Below, piece after piece: positions 54,201 to 64,000 of a DNA stretch of 64,000 nt. The DNA is from Glaucostegus cemiculus (taxonomy: Eukaryota): contig CDPCPM010000057.1 in NCBI GenBank assembly GCA_976551045.1, positions 1,364,001-1,428,000 on the forward strand, read 5' to 3'. The position numbers and the translations under genes are program-made. The notes beneath the pieces are model-generated. The model saw nothing but the letters and a program-made list of their open reading frames with translations, did no database searches and had not been told where the DNA came from. Within the stretch, counting starts at the first letter, position 1, and each line of letters opens with the position of its first letter.

Positions 54201-54584
54201 AGAAAGTGGATAGTTTGAATCATTAAGGAAAACATTTTTAAAGTTGGGTTTTTATTTATAATAATTCAGACTTTTGTATGCTTGGTGCTCAGTCATATAT
54301 AAAATTTGGTAGAATTCAAGAGCTGAGGTGTGTGTGCAACAAGGAGCTATCATCCTGGTATAATATTAAAGTCTTTACCTAATTTGTTGCATTTCAGTAC
54401 TTTATAACTTTGTTAGGGATTTGGTGATGGGAATGCTATTTAATATCAAAGTTGGTAGTCTTGCACTTCTATGGCATTAAATATCATGTATGATATTTAT
54501 GCCATTAATATGAATGTTGTCAAGGTCTTGGGCATGGGCTGCCTCATTTGCTGAGGAGTTGCAAATGGAATTGAATGTTGTTCA

Positions 54585-56277
54585 GACGTAAGAAATCTCC
54601 CAGAGGTACGGATGGACAAAAGGCAGAGAGTGATGGAGGAACTGAAGTGGATTGACATTAGGAAAGAAATGGTGATGGGTAGACTAATGGGGCTGAAGGC
54701 TGACAAATCCCCAGGTCCGGATGGTCTGCATCCCAGGGTACTGAAGGAGGTGGCTCTAGAAATTGTGGGTGCATTGGTGATCATTTTCCGACATTCCCTA
54801 TATTCTGGGTCAGTTCCTGAGGATTGGAGAATGGCCAATGTTATCCCACTTTTTAAGAAAGAAAGGAGGGAGGGAGAAAACGGGGAACTATCGTCTGGTT
54901 AGCCTGATGTCTGTGGTGGGGAAGATGCTAGAGTCCATTATTAAGGATGAAATAGCGGCATATTTGGATAGCAATGATAGGATTGGGTCGAGTCAACATG
55001 GATTTACTAAGGGCAAATCGTGCTTGACTAATCTACTGGAGTTTTTTGAGGATGTAACCAGGAAAATAGACGAGGGAGATTCGGTGGATGTTGTGTACCT
55101 CGACTTTCAGAAGGCATTTGATAAGGTGCCGCACAGGAGATTGGTGGGTAAAATGAGGGCTCATGGAATTGGGGGGAGGGTATTAACTTGGATAGAAAAC
55201 TGGTTGGCAGATAGGAAACAAAGGGTAGGGGTGAATGGATATTTCTCGGAATGGCAGGCCGTGACTAGTGGGGTGCCGCAGGGCTCAGTGCTGGGACCGC
55301 AGCTGTTTACGATATATGTTAATGATTTAGACGAAGGCATTGAGAATAACATTAGCAAGTTTGCTGATGATACAAAGTTGGGTGGCAGTGCGACATGAGT
55401 AGAGGAAGTTAGGAGGATTCAAGGTGACTTGGATAGGTTGGGTGAGTGGGCAGATACTTGGCAGATGAAGTTTAATGTGGATAAGTGTGAGGTTATCCAC
55501 TTTGGGAGCAGGAACAGGAAGGCGGATTATTATCTGAATGGTGTGGAGTTAGGTAAAGGGGAGGTACAAAGGGATCTAGGAGTCCTTGTTCATCAGTTGC
55601 TGAAAGTGAATGAGCAAGTGCAGCAGGCGGTGATGAAGGCTAATGGAATGTTGGCCTGTATTACGAGGGGAATTGAGTACAAGAGCAAAGAGATTCCTTT
55701 GCAATTGTTCAGGGCCCTGGTGAGACCGCCCCTGGAGTATTGTGTACAGTTTTGGTCTCCGGGGTTAAGGAAGGGTATCCTGGCTATAGAGGGCATGCAG
55801 CGTAGGTTTACGAGGTTAATTCCAGGGATGTCGGGACTGTCTTATGCAGAGAGGTTGGATAGACTGGGATTGTACATGCTGGAATTGAGAAGATTGAGAG
55901 GGGATCTGATTGAAACATACAAGATTGTTAAGGGATTGGACAAGACAGAGACAGGAAATATGTTCCAGATGTTGGGGAAGTCCAGGACCAGAGAGCATGA
56001 TTTAAGAATAAGGGGTAGGCCATTTAGGACAGAGGTGGAAAAACAACTTCTCCCAGCAGGTTGTGAGTCTGTGGAATGCACTGCCTCAGAGGGTAGTGGA
56101 GGCCAATTCTCTGGGCACTTTTAAGAAGGAGCTAGATAGGTTTCTTATAGATAGGGGAATCAAGGGATATGGGGACAAGGCAGGAATGGGATATTGAGTG
56201 TTGAGGATCAGCCATGATCTCAAAATGGCGGAGCAGACTCGAAGGGCCAAATGGTCTACTTCTGCTCCTATTGTCTA
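54585..56277 (+). mobile_element. 5'-truncated CR1 LINE with 7-bp TSD in KIFAP3 intron 1
   Basis: ORFs 54612..54902, 54838..55398 ([22 protein letters not shown]) and 55429..56124; ttgttca at 54578-54584 and 56278-56284. Confidence 0.93.
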
Positions 56278-56348
56278 TTGTTCACTAATTACATATGCTT
56301 TTGCCCTTATGATGGAAGGTCATTGATAAAGCAACTGATTGGGCGCAA

Positions 56349-57210
56349 GTCATAGAATACTACAGCACAGAAACAGGCCCTTTGGCCCACCTACTCCATG
56401 CCGCCTTGATCTTCTGCCTAATGCAATCTACCTGCACCCAGACCATCTCTCTTAAACTCCTCCCATCCACGTACCTATCCAAATCTCTCTTAAATGTTAC
56501 AATTGAACCCGCGTCTACCACTTCTGCTGGCAGCTTGTTTTACACTCGCACCATCCTCTGAGTGAAGAAGTCACCCCTCAGATTCCCCTTAACTATTTCA
56601 CCTTTCACCCTCTAACTATGTCCTCGAGTTCTAGTCTCACCCAACCTTAGGGGAAAAGCCTGCATGCTTTCACCCTATCTATACTCCTCATAAGTTTGTA
56701 CACAAAACCTCCCCTCATTCTTCTGTGCTTCAGGGAATAGTCCTAACCTATTCAACCTTTCCCTGTAACTCAGGTCCTCGAGTCCCAGCAACATCCTTGT
56801 AAATTTTCACTGCACTCCTTCAAGCTTATTGATATCTTTACTGTAGGTAGGTGACCAGAGCTGCGCACAATACTCTAAATTCGGCCTCGCCAATGTCTTG
56901 TACAATTTCGCATAACATCCCAACTCCTGTACTCAATGTCCTGATTTATGGAGGCTGAAGTGCCTCAAGCTCTCTTTATGACCCTATGTACCTGTGATGC
57001 CACTTTCAAGGAACTATGCATTTGTATTCCCAGGTCTCTTTGTTCTACTGTACACCTCAGAGCCCTACCATTCACTGTATAAGTCGTAACCTGATTTGTC
57101 CTCCCAAAGTGAAACACCTCACACTTATCAGCATCAAATTCCATCTGCCTTTTTCAGCCCATTTTCCAAGCTGGTCAAGATCATGCTGCAAACTTTGATA
57201 ACATTCCTTG
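56349..57210 (-). mobile_element. CR1 LINE 3' part
   Basis: gtcatagaatactacagcacagaaacaggccc is the reverse complement of the CR1 tail; RT C-terminus follows. Confidence 0.85.
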
Positions 57211-57641
57211 TATTCTCAAGTCTTTGACATGAGGATGTCCTGGAGATTGGATGATTGACCTCTGAAAATCTTGATCATTTTCCTTTGTGTGAGGGATGAC
57301 TGTAGACAATGAGCATTTTCCTGTTGATGTCCTTGACCAAATTTACTGGGACTCCTTGATGCCCTTTGTCAAATGCTGTCCTGATGTCAAGGACAGTCAT
57401 TTTCATCTAGCCCTGGGAATTCAGATCTCTGAACCAAAACTGAAGTCTGGAGCTGAGTGTTCTTGATGAAACCTGATTTAAGGATCATTGAATAGGTAAC
57501 TGGTGATTAAGTCCTGCTTGATAGCTTCCACCATTTTGATGATTAAGAGCAGTCTCAATGGACAATAATTAACTTGATTTGATTTGTCTGCAGTTTGTGT
57601 ACAGTTTTCCACATTGTTGGGTCTAAGCCAGTGTTGTAACT

Positions 57642-57850
57642 TCTATAAAAACAGAAAATGCTGGCACTCAGCAGGTCAGATAGTGTCTCTGGAAAGAGAA
57701 ATAGAGCTAACTGTTCATGTCTCAGCACTTTCATAAGACTCTAGCATTGTTTATCTTTCCACACGTGCTGCCTGACCTGCTGAATACTTCCAGCATTTTC
57801 TGTTTTTATTTCAGATTTCGAATATCTGTATTTATTTTTTGATTTTCAGT
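57642..57850. mobile_element. Short fold-back element
   Basis: aaaacagaaaatgctggcactcagcaggtcag and ctgacctgctgaatacttccagcattttctgtttt arms; ttgtaact on both sides. Confidence 0.7.
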
Positions 57851-58129
57851 TTTTGTAACTGGTGTTGTTCCCTTGATGATCTGAGGATGGCTCAAAATTC
57901 TTCAAAGACAATGGAGTACTTGTCAAATTGTAATCACAGTGAGAAGAAGAATGTAGGGGTAATAGCAGCCAAGTTGTGCACAGAAATATCCCACAAGCAA
58001 CAATATCCCTATTTTAGTCATTGGTTAAGAGTACAGATGTTGGCCAGCACCTCAGAAGGACTTCAACTTCGCTGCTATTCTTTGAATCCTAAATTAGGTG
58101 TGAGATTTTAAATCTGAAGTATTCAGCTT

Positions 58130-59520
58130 AATGAATTTAACTTGGGGAAAAGTAGAGGCAGGAGTAGGCCATTCATCCCTTCAAATATTGTCTGCCAATC
58201 AGCCCTTCATTAGTTTCAAAACTATATTCCCACTTTCTCCCCCCTCCCCCATTACCCTTGATGATATTCTATCTAGATATTCATCTATTTCCTCCTTAAA
58301 TATATTTGTCAGCGGCCTCAGCAGCCCTTTGGTAGTGAATTCCATAAGTTTGCCACTTTCTAAGTGAAGAAATTTCTTTGTCCCAGTCCTAAATCTCCTT
58401 CCCTGTAACATGAATCTAGGCATCTCACTCAGGGGAACATGCCCTTTGGATCCAGTCATTCCAAGCACGTAGAAATTTTCAGTTTCAATTGGATCCACTC
58501 TTATTTTTTGAAATTCACATGAATATCAACCTAGTTGACTTAATCATACTTCATATGGTTACAGTCTGTCCGTGGGAAATGTATGCTTTTCCAGATAGGA
58601 GACCATAAGTCCTACCATGGTAGTATAGCAGTTAGCATAATGCTATTACAGCGCCAGCCACATGGGTTCAATTCCAGCCACTGTCTGTAAGGAGTTTGTT
58701 GTTCTCCTTGTGACTGCGTGGGTTTCCTCTGGGTGCTCTAGTTTCCTCCCACATTCCAAAGACGTACAGGTTAGGAAGTAATGGGCATGCTATGTTGGTG
58801 CTGGAAGCATGGTGACACATGTGGGCTGCCCCCAGAACATTCTATGCAAAAGATGCATTTCACTGTTTTTCGATGTAGATGTGATTAATAAAGATATCTT
58901 AACTATATGTAATGCTTCAGGTGTGGTCTCACCAAGACCCTATATAATTTAAGCAAGACATTCTTGCTCCTTGCATCCTTGCTATGAAAACTGGCATATC
59001 ATTTGTCTTCTTAACCGTTTACTGCACCTGCATGTTTTTGGTGACTGGTGAACATCAACCCTTCCCAGTCTCTCACATTTAAATAATATTGTCTTTCTGC
59101 TTTTAATACTGAAGTGTTTAACTTTATGCAGGTTATATGGCATTTGCTATGTTGTTGCCCACTTGCATAGTCTAGGTCACTTTGAAGCCTCTTTGTATCT
59201 TCCTCGCAAGTTACAATTCCACCCTGTTTGGTGTTGTTAGCAAACTTTGAAATATTACTTTCTGTTCCCTCATTCAAATCATTGATGTATATTGTGAATA
59301 GCAGTGACACAAAGCACTGACCCCTGTGGGATCCCATTGCTCGTCACCTTGGAAAAGACCTATTTATTCCTATTCAGAGTTCTCTCAGCTGCATTTCAGT
59401 TTATGCAAATCCATTACCCATGTGCTTTAACTTTCTGCACTGAACCTTTCACATGGGACTTTATCAAAGGTGTTCTGACAATGCAGGTACATCACATCTG
59501 CTGATTTTTCCCTTAACTAT
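58130..59520 (-). mobile_element. Old CR1 LINE 3' part, interrupted by a V-SINE
   Basis: ORF 59011..59337 LLFTIYINDLNEGTESNISKFANNTK and ORF 58199..58498. Confidence 0.78.
58617..58900 (+). mobile_element. V-SINE, tail type A
   Basis: Collinear with 19014-19295. Confidence 0.8.
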
Positions 59521-60144
59521 TCCGCCAATTATATCCTCAAAAAGGATGGTAGTTTAATATTTAAATGAGGATTACATTTTACAGAGTGATGTAGTCAACA
59601 TATGAACACCAAGTCTGATTAAAGTGTTGTTGCACCTCTGCAGCACAAACGCAATGACTGAGCTTGAGTAACTATTTTATAAATGTTGATTCTCTCATTG
59701 AGAATCTGATTTTGTGTAGTTTGAAATGCTGCAAATAATTTTGTGATTAGATTGCAATGAATGAGTGAACCATGGTTGATAATTAGATCACATCATGACA
59801 TTTACAAAAATAGATTGATATATGCCACAATAAAACCTAGATAAAGATGTGATTTTTGTGCCACACGCTTTCAGCGACACAGCTATATGTCAGGAGCATT
59901 AATGGGAGAACATTTGATATGGGTGTGTAACCCTGATAGGCTAATGTTTCCTTGTCTTTATTTGACACTGCATTTATGGATGCTTAAGAAAGTAGTACTC
60001 TCACAATGTAATGTTAACAAAGGCCACTTCCCAATAAAATAAGAAAAGTATTGATTTGTTGTTATTCCAACTGGAAATACCTGGCCAAAAAGATTCATAG
60101 TGAATAATTATGTATGAAATAGAGATTAGTTCCAGAATATGCAG

Positions 60145-60409
60145 TTAAAACAAGGTGCTGGAAACATTCAGCAGGTTGGGCAGTATCTGTGGAAAGAGAA
60201 AATGTTGGTATTTCAAGGTGAAGAGCTTTCATCAGAACTGGGAAAGGAAGAGACAAGTTAGCTTTAAATTGCCAGAGATTGTGGGGGAGAGATGAATGTG
60301 AAAAGGGCTTATCTCTGAGGGTGAGGCCAGGGTTACCGTGGAAATAATTTGTCAATGTTGTCCCCGGTGAATAGCTTAATGAGTAAAATTAGAGCTGTTA
60401 AAACTGCAG
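60145..60409 (-). mobile_element. Penelope-like element, first segment (pLTR arm with degenerate hammerhead 60204-60238)
   Basis: gctggaaacattcagcaggttgggcagtatctgtggaaagaga arm; minus strand GTT CTGATGA AAG..CTT GAAA; appears to continue at 61505-61665 and 63750-64000. Confidence 0.55.
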
Positions 60410-60747
60410 ATGCTGCTTCAAGAAGACAACATCCATCATCAAAGATCCCCACCATCTGGGTCATGCCATCTTCTCGCAGCTGCCATTGAGCAGAAGGTAC
60501 AGAAGTCTGAAGTCCCACACCACCAGGTTCAAAAACAGCTACTTCCCTTCAACCATTCAGTTCTTGAACCAACCCTAGTACAACCCTAATCACTAAAGGT
60601 TAGTCACATAATGGCCACTTTGCACAAAATGGACTTTTTTTTTGTTCTAATTGTTCTTTCTTGCAAAAATTGTGCTTAATTTATAGTTTTCTTGTGAATG
60701 CTGCTTATGGTATGTGCTTGTGCTGCTGCTGCAAGTAAATTTTTCAT
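60410..60747 (+). mobile_element. Rex1-like LINE 3' end (resumes at 61453-61506)
   Basis: catccatcatcaaagatccccaccatctgggtcatgcc...gcaagtaaatttttcat | tacacctgtgcatacatgtactgtgcatatgacaataaactcgac. Confidence 0.75.
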
Positions 60748-61450
60748 AAAACATAGATACCTACAGCACAATTCAGGCCCTTCAGCCCACAAAGCTGTGC
60801 CGAACATGTCCCCACACTATTAGGCTTACCCATAGCCTTCTATCTTATTTACCTCCATGTACCTATCCAACAGTCTCTTGAAAGACCCTATCGTATCCAC
60901 CTCCACCACCATCTCTGGCAGCCCATTCCACGCACTCGCCACTCTGAGTAAAAAAAACTTACCCCTAACATCTCCTCTGTATCTTCCCCCCCAGCATCTT
61001 AAACCTATGTCCTCTTGTGGCCACCATTTCAGCCCTGGGGAAAAGCCTCTGACTATCTACCCTATCCATACCTCTCATCACCTTATACACCTCAATCAGG
61101 TCCCCCCTCATCCTCCTTCTCTCCAAAGAGAAAAGGCAGAGTTCCCGCAACCTGCTATCATAAGGCATGCTCCTCATCCCAGGCAGCATCCTTGTAAGCC
61201 TCCTCTGCACCCTCTCTATAGCTTCCACATCCTTCCTGTGGTGAGGTGACCAGAACTGAACACACTACTTCAGGTGGGGTCTGACTAGGGACCTATACAA
61301 CTGAAGCAGTACCTCCCGACTCCTAAATTCAATCCCTCGACCGACGAAGGACAATACACCATATGCCTTCCTAACCATGGAGTCAACCTGCGCAGCCGCT
61401 TTGAGCGTCCAATGGACTCTGACTCCAAGATCCCTCTGATCCTCGAATCC
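60748..61450 (-). mobile_element. CR1 LINE 3' part nested in a Rex1-like 3' UTR
   Basis: ORF 60965..61228 ERVQRRLTRMLPG...ERRRMRGDLIEVYK. Confidence 0.88.
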
Positions 61451-61669
61451 TGATTACACCTGTGCATACATGTACTGTGCATATGACAATAAACTCGACT
61501 TTGACTGTAGGAAAGTCCCAATAGGTCAGACTGGAGAGAGAAAAGCTGAGCCAATATTGCAGATAGATGACCGACAAAAGAACTGGCCAGTTCTGATACA
61601 GACAGAAAGCATTATAAGATACAGAGTTGAATCTGGAATGTTGTAATGCACCCAAGCAAATAAGTTCTG

Positions 61670-63745
61670 GAATAAACAAGCCTTTTTCAAGCTGGATGAA
61701 TGTAACTAGTGGATGCCCCAAGAATCAGTTCTTGGCCCTCAATTATTCACTCATTATATTAATGACTTGGAGGATGGGGTAGCATTTAAGGTTTCCAAAG
61801 GTGTTTGTGTGAGTGGAGAGTGGGTGGGGCGCATGCTGTGTTGAGGAAATCAGAATCAGTTTTATTGTCACAACCATATACATACATGGTATGCATAGGA
61901 GCGAGATACCGTCCTCCTCAGGTGCTCGTCCCATAAAAAAAGAATAACATAACAACCAACAGAGAGACACATACACACTTGGCAGAATACACAGTACAGA
62001 ACATTACACATTAGAAGCTATGGAGATTGAAATTGAATTATTACGCAGATTAAATTAAAAGTGGCCAGTAAATAAATAAATAGATCTTAAAGTGAACGGG
62101 CTGGTGTCGGCATTTAAAGTGCTGGTGCATTTCTGTACACCTAGCATCTCTTAGTGTTAACAAAGGAAGATGGAGGGATGAGTGAGTTTGCAGTTCTGAT
62201 GGCTTGCAGAAAGAAACTATTGTTCAGCCTGGACGTTCTTGCCCTGATACATTTAAGCCTCCTCCCCGATGGCAAAATTGTGAAGAGGTGGTGGGAGGGA
62301 TGAGAAGGGTCGGCCATTATGCTTTTTGTCTTCCTCACACAACGGTCTTTGTATATGTCTGCGAGGGATGGAAGCGAGACACCTATGATCCACTCCGCAG
62401 CCCTAACTATCTTCTGGAGGGACTTCCGCCCAGCAGCTGAGCAGCTTCCAAACCAAACAGTGATACATTGAGTTAGGATGCTCTCAATGGTCCCCCTGTA
62501 GAAGGATTTCATGACTGAGGGATGTGGGTACGCTTTCCTCAGTCTCCGCCGGAAGTAGAGGCGTTTCTGAGCCTTCTTCGTGAGGGCTGTAATGTTAGTG
62601 GACCAGGTCAGGTCGTCGGTGATGTGCACCCCCAGGAACTTGGTGCTGCGTACTTGTTCCACAGCAGACCCGTTGATGGTCAGCGGGGCGTGCACACGAT
62701 GGCCCCTCCTAAAATCCACTATCATCTCCTTGGTTTTATCCACATTCAAGGAGAGGTTGTTGTCATGGCACCACACGGCTAGTTGTTTCACCTCCTCTCT
62801 GTAGTCCGACTCATCGTCATTCGTGACAAGACCCACCACTGTCGTGTCATCGGCAAATTTAACAATGCGGTTGGAGCTGAATCTGGCCTCACAGTCGTGG
62901 GTCAACAAGGTGAACAGGAGCGGACTGAGCACACAACCCTGAGGGGAGCCAGTGCTCAGTGTGATGGTGCTTGAGGTGTTTTCACCAATTTTGACTGACT
63001 GCGGCCTGCAAGTTAGAAAATCCAGTATCCAGTCCAAATTTGGACTCTGCAACAGGATAGGTTGAGAAAACTTGACAAATGGAGTCTAATGTGGGAAAGT
63101 ATGAGGTCATGCACTCGGGTAAGAGATAGAGATTTAAACAGAGAGATTGCAAAATAGTGGAGTGCAGAAGGATCTAAATGTTCTTGTGCATGAAACACAA
63201 AATAGGCAGATAGGTGCAGCAAGTAGTTAGGAGGCCAAATAACATATTGGCCATAATAGCAAGCGGGTTGTAGTTTAGAAGTAGAGAAATATTGCAGTGT
63301 ATTGATGAGGCTGCAATTGGAGTACTATGTATAATTTTGGTCCCATTATTTACGAGTGGATATACTGACGTTGGTGACAGTCCAGAAGAGTAGGCTATTT
63401 TCTGGAATGAGGATTGTCATATCATGAACAGCTGAAGAAGTTGGATCTGTATTTTTTTTTGGAGTTAAGAATGAGTGGTGATCTTGTTAAAACATAAGTG
63501 GGCATGAGAGGGTAGATAGTTTCACTCGTGGGAGCGTCTTGAATAAAAATGTAGTTAAAAGATAAGGGGGTGATATGTAGGAATTTCCTCTCACAGGATG
63601 GTGAATCTCTGGAATTCTCTGCCCTGCAGAGCTGTTGAGGAAATATTTAAAGAGGAGATGGATACATTTTTGAAAGATCAGGGAAGTGAATACAAAGGGA
63701 GTTGAGGCGGTTGCCTACTCCTATTTTCTTGTGTTGTATTTTCAG
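61670..63745 (+). mobile_element. Old CR1 LINE 3' part, split by a young Rex1-like copy
   Basis: tgtaactagtggatgccccaagaatcagttcttggccctcaattattcac..attaatgacttgg before the insertion; RT C-terminus and 3' UTR after 63040. Confidence 0.7.
61851..63035 (-). mobile_element. Young 5'-truncated Rex1/Babar-like LINE with uninterrupted RT C-terminal ORF
   Basis: ORF 62141..63052 (303 aa, no stops) is nearly identical to ORF 22196..22987; ctgattctgat tail; AAAT at 61847-61850 and 63036-63039. Confidence 0.93.
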
Positions 63746-63749
63746 ACAG

Positions 63750-64000
63750 TTGATAAGGTGCTCTTCCTTGATACTTAGGACCCCGTCATAATAGTGCTCA
63801 AGGCCACAGACAGGTCAAAGCGGGATGTAAAATTAAAGTAACAGAAACTGAAAGTTTGGGTCACTGCTCAGGACTGAACTTGGGTGCACGTTTGATTTCT
63901 CTAATATAGAGGAGAACACATTGAGTGCCAAATGCAGTATACTAGATTGGAAGAAGTATAAGTGAATTGCTGCTTCCTGGATGTTTGAGAGGGAAGAAGT
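63750..64000 (-). mobile_element. Penelope-like ORF remnant
   Basis: Collinear with 10440-10700 (aggccacagacagg...caaatgcagtatactagattggaagaagt...gaattgctgcttc). Confidence 0.55.

Noticed and set aside
62141-63052. 303-aa ORF as a host or domesticated gene
   Set aside because: It is a 5'-truncated LINE RT with a near-identical paralog, 3' tail and TSD; the N-terminal residues come from flanking sequence.
50000-64000. KIFAP3 exon 2 (KVKGGNIDVHP...)
   Set aside because: Searched by eye and not found; probably beyond the window.

Overview
AT-rich, repeat-dense vertebrate genomic DNA. The repeat families (CR1, Rex1/Babar-like, Penelope-like, V-SINE/HE1-like, Deu-SINE) point to a cartilaginous fish, probably a shark or ray (inference). 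There are two host genes in head-to-head arrangement. The first is a complete 4-exon NTMT2 (METTL11B, N-terminal methyltransferase) on the minus strand: CDS join of 43265-43100, 28620-28445, 20859-20610 and 19693-19437, 282 aa, all GT-AG with matching phases. The second is the first coding exon of KIFAP3 (MQSEDARYLKR, 49918-49949) on the plus strand in a CpG island; I found no canonical exon 2 in the window. Most other sequence is retroelement debris, often nested. The most notable unannotated structure is a family of short fold-back elements built from Penelope-like terminal repeats, with 14-18 bp target-site duplications and minimal hammerhead-ribozyme motifs (best copy 3451-3488, minus strand). 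Also notable: a four-element nested insertion cluster at 60.1-64 kb, a young Rex1-like family with an inverted pair bracketing both promoters, V-SINEs with two different LINE-like tails, a possible in-frame alternative KIFAP3 exon, and Asp at the NTMT2 product-specificity gatekeeper position. All family names come from recognition, not database searches, and repeat boundaries are approximate.
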